From contig NC_068998.1 in assembly GCF_001194135.2 (NCBI RefSeq), forward strand, positions 43,470,634 through 43,515,220: a stretch of 44,587 bases of DNA, read 5' to 3'. Positions 36,165 through 44,587 of this stretch are shown here, piece after piece. The notes under the pieces are model-generated. The model was not told the origin of the DNA, ran no database searches, and saw only the letters and a program-made list of their open reading frames with translations. Origin of the DNA: Octopus bimaculoides (lineage: Eukaryota). Within the stretch, counting starts at the first letter, position 1. Every line of letters starts with the position of its first letter. A program made the translations under genes and the position numbers.

Positions 36165-36492
36165 CTTTCTTTTTCTTTTTTCTTTATTTATTTCCTTTTC
36201 TTTCTTTTCTTCTTTCTCTTTTCTTCTTTCTTTCTTTATTTCCTTTCTTCTTTCCTTTCTTTCCTTTCTTTCTTTCTTCCCTTTCTTTCTTTCTTCCCTT
36301 CCTTCCTTCCATCCTTCCTTTCCTTCCTTCCTTCCTCCCTTCTTTCCTTTTTCCTTCATTCTTTCCTTTCCCTCTTCCTTCTTTTCTTTCTTTCTTTCTT
36401 TCTTCCTTCTTTTCCTTTCTTTCGTTTTTCTTCCCTTCCTTCCTCGCTTCCTTCCTTCCTTCCTTCCTTCCTTCCTTCATTCCTGCCTTCCC
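36165..36492. repeat. (TTTC/TTCC)n polypyrimidine tract, about 330 nt
   Basis: Directly visible; almost purine-free on the + strand. Confidence 0.95.
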
Positions 36493-37802
36493 TAAAAAAA
36501 AAAATTCTCTTGTCTAAAACTGACAGCATCCATCACTCTCGAAGTCTCTCTCCTGATTGGTCCAATCAAAAAAAAAAAAACAAAAAAAACCAGAGTTGGT
36601 ATTCAACTTGGATACCAAATTGGATATTTGTAAACAGAAATAAAAAAAGCTGGGATAAACCGTAGGAAGAACAACAGTAAACCAGCTTGAATATTACTGC
36701 TGCAGAGTCAGAAAATGTTATATGTAAATATCTAAATGTCTGAAATAAGATTTTATTACAGATGAAAAATATTTATTTCCAAACCAGTATCTACACCAAA
36801 ATTGTAATCTTATGAATTTATATTTTTTATTTATTATGATGATAATAGCAAATTCTCTCAGGAAAATGATATCATATGAATGCATATGGTATTCATTTAA
36901 TTTGTCAAAACTATTTCTGCACCTTTAGCTTACACCATGCATGTATATGCTAGCTTTAGTATCTTTTATGCATGTTTTTTTTATCTTCTGCAGCTATATT
37001 ATATTTTTTATTTATAATTGTGTCAGTATGCATTTTATTACATGAATAAAAATACATTGAAACTCATTAATAATACAAATATTCAACCACATAATCACCC
37101 CCAACACATACTTATTTTCATATTTTCATAGATTCCTTTATCCGTATATTCCTTTATTCAAAACTGAAATTTCACTTCACTGCTTCTCTGATGGTGTCTC
37201 CTGTTTCCATTCTTTGCCATGACTAAAATTCAAAAATTGAACCTGAAATTTGTTATAATTGATAAATTCTTCTGCTTCGTATAATGATGTTTTCTCATTA
37301 TTTGTGAAACCAGATATACATTCATTCTGTTTTTTTAAGGCTTAATCAGAAGATGAATGGCGCTACCTATGACCCTTTGTTGACCCTTTGAGTCTAGTGG
37401 TGAAAATAGAGAAAGAAACCAGAAATAAGAAATTTCTGCACTAGAAACGCATCAGAATAATGTGGCATAATACATACACACATGCATACATACATACATA
37501 TATATATGCATACATACACACACACACATATACGTACATACATGTGTGTGTGTGTGTGTGTGTACAAATACTCTTTTTTATTCTCTTGAACACAAGTACG
37601 ACATATGCATGAATGTGTGTCAGTTTGTGTGTGTGCTGGTATGGGAAAGTGATGATGAAATTATTATAAACATCATTATTTCTGTATCCATCCTTACAAA
37701 ATTAATCAGAACAGATTTTTTTTTTGTGGCCTGATGCTTTTCCACTCACCAACTCTCACTCATTTTCAAGCAAGGTGACATTTCCCCAAGTCTTGGGCCT
37801 GT

Positions 37803-37902
37803 GGGCATATGGCGTAGTGGTTAAGAGCGCAGGCTACTAACCCCAAGATTCCGGGTTCAATTCCAAGCAGTGATCTGAATAATAATAATAATAATAATAA
37901 TG

Positions 37903-37944
<42 letters not shown>

Positions 37945-38085
37945 TACCTCAAGAGTGAGAACCCAGGTTTGTAATTTCCCCAAGAAACCTGATGAAGGCT
38001 GGAGGGTATATGAGCCAAAAATTGTGTTTACAACAAACAAGATGAGGACAAATATCCGTCAAATGTAAATAATTCCTCATCTCTT
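37803..38085 (+). mobile_element. Family C: tRNA-like Pol III head, (AAT)n, then 3' region with degenerate hammerhead
   Basis: A box tggcgtagtgg 37810-37820; B box ggttcaattcc 37854-37864; (AAT)n 37878-37940; ctgatga 37989-37995 followed by ggct/agcc stem. Confidence 0.75.
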
Positions 38086-38118
38086 AAATATAGAACTGTA
38101 TTTGAAATACAGTTACCA

Positions 38119-38249
38119 TTTTTGCCAGCTGAGTGAACTGGAACAACATCAAATAAAGTGTCTTTTTCAGGGACTTAATGTGTCACTGGGTATTGAACTC
38201 ATGACCTTATGATCACATGCCTAATATCCTAACCACTAAGCCACATGTC
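38119..38249 (-). mobile_element. SINE family D 5' part
   Basis: ttttgccagctgagtgaactgg..aaataaagtgtctt..ttgaactc..cctaaccactaagccac; homologous to 31400-31523. Confidence 0.8.
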
Positions 38250-38837
38250 ATTGCATTTTGTCATGTATTCTGTATCAAATTAAGTACATTTATTGCTGCA
38301 CTTAGATATTTATTGATCTGTTCATGCCATGATACAGAGATAGGTCTGACCGAAATAGATCAGGTTTGAAATGATTGCCATATAAGTTGATCATGTCATC
38401 TACATAGATCTTCTCCAAGAGATTGAGATATGTTTATCTGTGATTGGGAATATAGATGAAGAGGGTTACTTAGAAGCATGTGGCGTGTAACTCTCCAGTA
38501 TGACTAGATCAAACAAACATATTTAGACGTTTGGGTAAAAAGTTGTATATATTATATACTTATATTTACATTAAGAAATGTGTGTGTGTGTGTGTTTATG
38601 TGTGTATATATATATATCACTACGACCATCAACAGGTCAATGTCAGGACACCCAACCAATTAACACTCTGCTACTATCATAGCAGTCCTTCTTCGAACCC
38701 ACAAGAGTTAACAAGTGAAACAGAGACAGGCAGAAACAAGAAAAATGCCCCTGTTATTTGAATATTATACAAATATGTCTTTAAAAAGACTTGTCTTTTA
38801 AATTTACCAAAAATTTTTCAAAAATTTATCATTCATA

Positions 38838-38880
38838 TTTACTGATGAAAAGATCTCAAAGATCGAAACCGGTCCTGTAA
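38838..38880 (+). ncRNA. Minimal type-I hammerhead-like motif with palindromic helix III (helix I weak)
   Basis: CUGAUGA 38842-38848, AAA, GAUCU(CAA)AGAUC, GAA, ACCGGU palindrome 38868-38873, C17 at 38874 (GUC triplet). Confidence 0.55.
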
Positions 38881-39440
38881 TTTCATATATATATAAGTGC
38901 ATATACAGAGTGCTACCTAGTGGAATTTTGTCAGTGAGCAGGTCGTGTCTTCAAAGTGACAATAATATTTTGACAAATTAAATTTAAATGCTGAAGTGAA
39001 TCTAACCATTTTTGTGTGTTTTTAAATGGTTTATATAAACACCTTCCACGTTACAATCGTTTTTGTTTCAGCACACGATCTCAGATCAAGTCACTTGCTA
39101 TGCAAGTACATCTCCCTAATATATATATATATATATATATCTATATTTATATTCCTCTTGACATCCCAAAAAGAATTACATATATTCTTCTTAAGTGCGT
39201 GTAGCTGTGTTTACATGTTTAGTTTTACATGCAAAAATATTTCTAGCTTTGTGTTAAAACAATTCAAGTAGGGTTGTACATGACATATAATGACCATAAG
39301 CACAACAAGCAACTGCGACAGTAGGAATTCAATCTGGTTATATCTCATCAGCCTTTTCTGTAATTAGAACCATGTGTGATCTTTCTAAAATATATATCTT
39401 TGTATGTATATTGATGGGTATGCTTTCTTGTAGCTATACA

Positions 39441-39848
39441 CTTTACTCTTTTACTTGTTTCAGTCTTTTGACTGTGGCCATGCTGGAGCACCACCTTTAG
39501 TCGAGCAAATCGACCCCAGGACTTATTCTTTAGAAGCCTAGTACTTATTCTATCAGTCTCTTTTGCCGAACTGCTAAGTTACGGGGACATAAACACACCA
39601 GCATCGGTTGTCAAGCGATGTCAGGGTGGGGGGGACAAAGACAGACACACAAACACATACACACATACATATATATATACATACATACGACGGGCTTCTT
39701 TCAGTTTCCGTCTACCAAATCCACTCAAGGCTTTGGTCGGCCCGAGGCTATAGTAGAAGACACTTGCCCAAGATGCCACGCAGTGGGACTGAACCCGGGA
39801 CCATGTGGTTGGTAAGCAAGCTACTTACCACACAGCCACTCCTACGCC
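39441..39848 (-). mobile_element. SINE family A full copy (young)
   Basis: ctttactcttttacttgtttcagtc...cacagccactcctacgcc. Confidence 0.95.
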
Positions 39849-40134
39849 TATGTTTGCTTTGCCAGCACATCCTGTCTGTTTTGGTTGCCAATATATATAA
39901 TTGTAACCTGTCCTTACTGTCTGTCATATTCACTCCAGGAATTTTGCAGTTGACTGGTTAAAAAGTTATATCTCAATATTCATGTAAACATTCCTTGGTT
40001 TTGAATGTTAATTTTTTAATATTTTTTCCAGACTTTTGCAGGTTTTTTCTTTCATGTTTTTCTTTCCTTTGTTTTATATTTTATATTTTTCTAAGATTCT
40101 ATATGCATTATAAAAGAAGAAATTTCAATTCCGT

Positions 40135-40385
40135 TATCATTATTATTTTCATCATCATCATCATCTTCTTCATTTGTCTTCTTCACCATATTCATAATCA
40201 CCATCATCATTATCACAATCATAACTTTTATGATGTTATTATTGTAATCGTTGATATTATCATTATTATTATCATCATCATCATCATCATCATTATTATT
40301 ATTATTGTTCGTCATATATTTATTGCTAATATTGTCACATCATCATTCTCATCACAGTCACCATCATCATCATCAGCATCCTCAT
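40135..40385. repeat. (CAT/ATT)n compound microsatellite
   Basis: Directly visible. Confidence 0.9.
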
Positions 40386-40879
40386 TTATCAGATCAAAGA
40401 CTGTGATTTTCTAAAATAGAAAAAAAATTCACCTAAATTTTATATATATCTCTGTTAGTGCCTCCTCTGTTTATTAGATTAATACTTATACAATTTTTGG
40501 TTTGTTTGTTTCCTGTAGTTGTTCCTTTTTGTTATTTTGCTTCTAAATTTTTGGTTTAAATTTAGTTTTGAAGTCTGTAGCCATAAAAGAGAGCAGTGAA
40601 CGAGATAATTTATTCTACAGGTACAGATTTTCATTCAGTGTCTGAATTTGCTCATACATATAAATGTATGCCTCTGTGTGTGTGTGTGTATGTGTGTGTA
40701 ATCACGTTATCTGTGTGAGCTTCAGAATATAAAATGAAGATGTGTGTATATAAATATGTTCGTGTGTATAAATATGATAGTGTTTATGTGAGGATATAAA
40801 ATTTGTATGCAAGTGTGTGAGTGAGTGTATATATATATGGATATGAATCCATATGCATGTAAATCTGAATATGGATACA

Positions 40880-41130
40880 GAATGGCCAAATGGTTAAGAA
40901 GCTTGCTTCACAGTCACAGCGATCTGAGTTCAATTCCATCAGGTGACATTTTGAGTTGATTCAAGTTTAAAAGAAACCATATGGAGGCCCTGGAATTTCC
41001 TTTCCAGCCTCGTCACACTGCAGTACTTATTCTGCTTTAGGATTATATTAAAAGCATGAGTGTCTGTGGAACATTCTCACTCCAGCATGGCCGCAGTCAA
41101 ATGCCTGAAACTAGTAAAGATTAGAAGAAT
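40880..41130 (+). mobile_element. Family A-like head and tail remnants
   Basis: tggccaaatggttaagaagcttgct..gagttcaattcc head; ccagcatggccgcagtcaaatgcctgaaac tail. Confidence 0.6.
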
Positions 41131-41208
41131 ACATATTGATTCAATGACCAGGTGCTTCAGTTATTCAAACTACTAAATAATCATTGCAAAAACAAATCGA
41201 TATACATG

Positions 41209-41259
<51 letters not shown>

Positions 41260-41422
41260 CAAGCAGGGCTGCAGGGCAAAGAATTTTTAATCCCCTTTAC
41301 AGGATATCTTCAACAAATGCCATTAGCCATTGATCAAGTCAAGTAATGTTTTGCAAGTAATATTCAAAGACAGTAATTTGAAAGCTTGTCCGACATACCT
41401 ATACATATGTATGTATATATAT

Positions 41423-41847
41423 NNNNNNNNNNNNNNNNNNNNNNNNNNNNNNNNNNNNNNNNNNNNNNNNNNNNNNNNNNNNNNNNNNNNNNNNNNNNNN
41501 NNNNNNNNNNNNNNNNNNNNNNNNNNNNNNNNNNNNNNNNNNNNNNNNNNNNNNNNNNNNNNNNNNNNNNNNNNNNNNNNNNNNNNNNNNNNNNNNNNNN
41601 NNNNNNNNNNNNNNNNNNNNNNNNNNNNNNNNNNNNNNNNNNNNNNNNNNNNNNNNNNNNNNNNNNNNNNNNNNNNNNNNNNNNNNNNNNNNNNNNNNNN
41701 NNNNNNNNNNNNNNNNNNNNNNNNNNNNNNNNNNNNNNNNNNNNNNNNNNNNNNNNNNNNNNNNNNNNNNNNNNNNNNNNNNNNNNNNNNNNNNNNNNNN
41801 NNNNNNNNNNNNNNNNNNNNNNNNNNNNNNNNNNNNNNNNNNNNNNN
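41423..41847. other. Assembly gap (N run) within (TA)n
   Basis: Ns. Confidence 0.99.
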
Positions 41848-42329
41848 TATATATATATAGGTATGAGTAAATATATATATCTGTATAAATATTTACAGAT
41901 ATATATATATATATATATATGCCTCTATGTATGGTATGTATATATATATGTGCTTCTATATGTAGTTGATATAAATCTATAATTTGTTGCAGGTGGTTTA
42001 TTGATCATGTGCATGTGCACCTTACTTATGTTTGTGTCTGTGTGTATTTCTGTAGCCTTTTATCTTTCCTCTGTAAGATGTGCTTTACATTGCAATGTCG
42101 TTAGCTCTATTTTTAGTTTCATCTACATACATTTATGTATGCATCTTTGCATGTATGCATCTTTGTGTGTGCATATATATGTTTATGTTTTTGTATGTAT
42201 ATATGTATGTATATTTAAATCCATAAGCAGTTCAAAATATTTAGAAGTAATATAAAACATGGGCCACACACTACAATGTCTTTTGAAGTTTAAAATTCTG
42301 CCTTCAGTAAGTTTGCTAATGCAAAGTAT

Positions 42330-42346
42330 GTAAGGACATACATACA

Positions 42347-42380
<34 letters not shown>

Positions 42381-42778
42381 CACACACACACACATTTATA
42401 TATATATATATATATAATAACTATGAATATATACATACACACATTCACATGCATATATGTACATATGTGTGTGTACATGTGCATATATATATATGTGTGT
42501 GTGTGTCTGTGTGTATATATGTCTTGGTTTATTTGTGTAACATCTGTACTTCAATGCTCACATAAGGTTGATAGGGACTTTTATCTGAGACAAAATTTTA
42601 TGGCTGGATTACCTTGTTGCCAACTCCTAACTGCCTTTTAAGAATATATTTTATTATTCTATATTTCTTTGAGCAGTTTTATGGTCATGTAGTAAGCATC
42701 TGTTGAGGCCAAGCAGTGATAAGCCAAAGAACTTTAATGTCCTTGCATATTCTCTCTTTCTCTGTCTCTCTGTCTCTT

Positions 42779-42809
<31 letters not shown>

Positions 42810-42845
42810 GTCTGTCTCTCTCACTCTCACACACACACACTTACA
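42330..42845. repeat. (TACA)/(TA)/(CT)/(CA) microsatellites
   Basis: Directly visible. Confidence 0.85.
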
Positions 42846-42949
42846 TGCATTCTGCTGAGTTTGGAAAAAGAGCAGTGCCCTTTTATCCAAACTTTGTAGG
42901 GTTCCCTGCGAGATCAGTGAAGTTGATGTTTTATTTAAATTATTGATGA

Positions 42950-43700
42950 TTAACACTTGCAAGAAAAAGCTGGAGGTGAAGTGTAGATTCCAGAAGTTTA
43001 TGTCAAGAAGGAAAGGATTGGCCACAGAGGTAAGTGCAGGCTAGGGGAGTTAGATGTAACAAGGGTGATGCAAGGTGGAGAGATGAATAAGTCAGGGTTA
43101 CCCAAGTTGTAGCAGTATGCGATGAACTAGTTCTGAGACAGAGAGACCTTTATATTATAATAGTAACATTGGGAAAGATTCTCGAGGTCCGGATGCTGGA
43201 GTGTATGTCAGGGATTTAACGACAATTAGTTGAGTGACCCTTCTGTAGTTGATGTTTGTGTACATAGCAGCAGGCTCTTCTTAAAAATGGGTGCAGTATT
43301 AAATTGTGTGCTTTGCTTGAACCTTTTAGAAGATTAGTACTTGTGAAGGGCTGAAATAACTTCTGGCTCTGAACAGCAGGCATAGTCTTCAGAATGTGGT
43401 TGTAGCTATACTAATGATGTGCTTTCATCAGAAGAGATCTTTATTGATAATGAAACTCAGCATTTGGTGTTGCTCTGAGGGCTCTAGTTGTGAACTGTGC
43501 ACGTTTTCAGGGCATGTGATGCAGTGCTGTTTTTGCCTTTTATAGGAGTAGTTCTTGAGTTTTTTGGGGTTTTGTTCTTTTGTTTAAAGAGACAAGGTTT
43601 TCATTTACGGAATCGGTGATGGTTTGGTATATGATGTGTAGGCTGTGTGTGGATGCTGCATTTTCAGAGAGAGATTTAGGGAGAAATGAAGGTCCATGTA
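42950..43700 (-). mobile_element. Possible highly decayed non-LTR retrotransposon (endonuclease-like) remnant
   Basis: Non-repetitive, more GC-balanced stretch. A minus frame gives ...SLSQN*FIAYCYNLGNPDLFISPP..., loosely like the APE motif L.Q.V..PT...GN.LDL. Weak. Confidence 0.2.
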
Positions 43701-43740
43701 ATTTGCATATCAAATACAGGGAACATATCGTATGTGTTTG

Positions 43741-43774
<34 letters not shown>

Positions 43775-44157
43775 CATCTATTGTACCAGCATATAACATA
43801 CAATGTTGGTCAATATTAAGTACAAACAGTTCACTGAGTGGAATATATTATTTCACTATGAGGGAATAGAATTTGATGTTTAGGTCAGAATCAGGGAGGG
43901 TTCCAGCACTGAATGCTAGAATTATTTTCATCACAATAGAATCACTTATTTTACTTTGCTAACTTCCATCAGTTTCTATTACCATAGTTAAAATGAGACG
44001 TTGATGGGAACCTGTAATCTTTAGCATCGGATTCTGGCAATATAAACATCCTGCAAGCTATGACTACTACTTTAAACTTACCGATTAACTCTGTGGCAAT
44101 GTTCTGCTATATTTGATTGAGCAATAAATTACCTGTGTGTATGTGTGTATGTATGTA

Positions 44158-44199
<42 letters not shown>

Positions 44200-44547
44200 A
44201 ATCATCAGTCTACAGTTTATTAATTTTGCACTAACATAAAAAAAAAAAGTCAAGCTCTCATTTGTGGTGTAATGGAGTGAGAAAAACTATTGATGCAAGT
44301 TTTAGTATAACATAATAAGTACAAAGATATATATAAATATAGATATACATACACACATATATATATATTCGTGTATGTGTATGTGTATGTGTGTGTTAGC
44401 AGAAGTTTTCATATATATTTATTTCAGTGGTATTTTGTTCCTTCTCTCTACATCTAAATATACTAGTACAATAGAAACAGTCATCGTTAATCTATAATGT
44501 AATCACCAATTAAAGATGTGATTTCCTCCATTTTTGTCTATGTTGTG

Positions 44548-44587
<40 letters not shown>

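Noticed and set aside
37368-37390. Direct repeat tgaccctttg x2 resembling a nuclear-receptor site
   Set aside because: It is short enough to arise by local duplication, with no supporting context.
37803-37875. tRNA gene
   Set aside because: It has A and B boxes but no acceptor stem or cloverleaf, and runs into (AAT)n. It is a SINE head.
42963-43035. Strong donor cagag|gtaagt with open frame KKLEVKCRFQKFMSRRKGLATE
   Set aside because: The acceptor is poor, and it lies in probable decayed retroelement sequence.
450-44587. ORFs in the supplied track (poly-I/N/D/M, YI/CV/HT repeats, X-filled ORFs)
   Set aside because: They are translations of microsatellites, N gaps or SINE copies, with no recognisable protein domains.

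Overview
AT-rich, microsatellite-saturated eukaryotic DNA from a gapped draft assembly (7 N-runs). The repeat families look like those of a coleoid cephalopod, probably Octopus; this is inference from recalled repeat motifs, not a database result. I cannot support any protein-coding gene. Nearly all supplied ORFs are translations of microsatellites, N-gaps or SINE copies, so the window is most simply intronic or intergenic. It holds dozens of copies of four tRNA-headed SINE-like families (my labels A-D), RTE-type LINE remnants, a Helentron/DINE-1-like non-autonomous element, a TTAA-flanked MITE and a 36-bp minisatellite. The best finding is a set of minimal type-I hammerhead ribozyme (HHR) motifs in three different sequence contexts. 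One is core-intact at 7425-7469. One has a palindromic helix III at 38838-38880. The third lies in the 3' part of a tRNA-headed element (37803-38085), with a diverged second copy near 3160-3250 that retains the core half the first has lost. Other points of interest: a 66-bp near-perfect hairpin, tail-to-tail inverted SINE pairs, an apparent conversion patch between neighbouring SINEs, a candidate recursive splice site, and a SINE family whose 5' end repeatedly abuts (ATT/CAT)n tracts.
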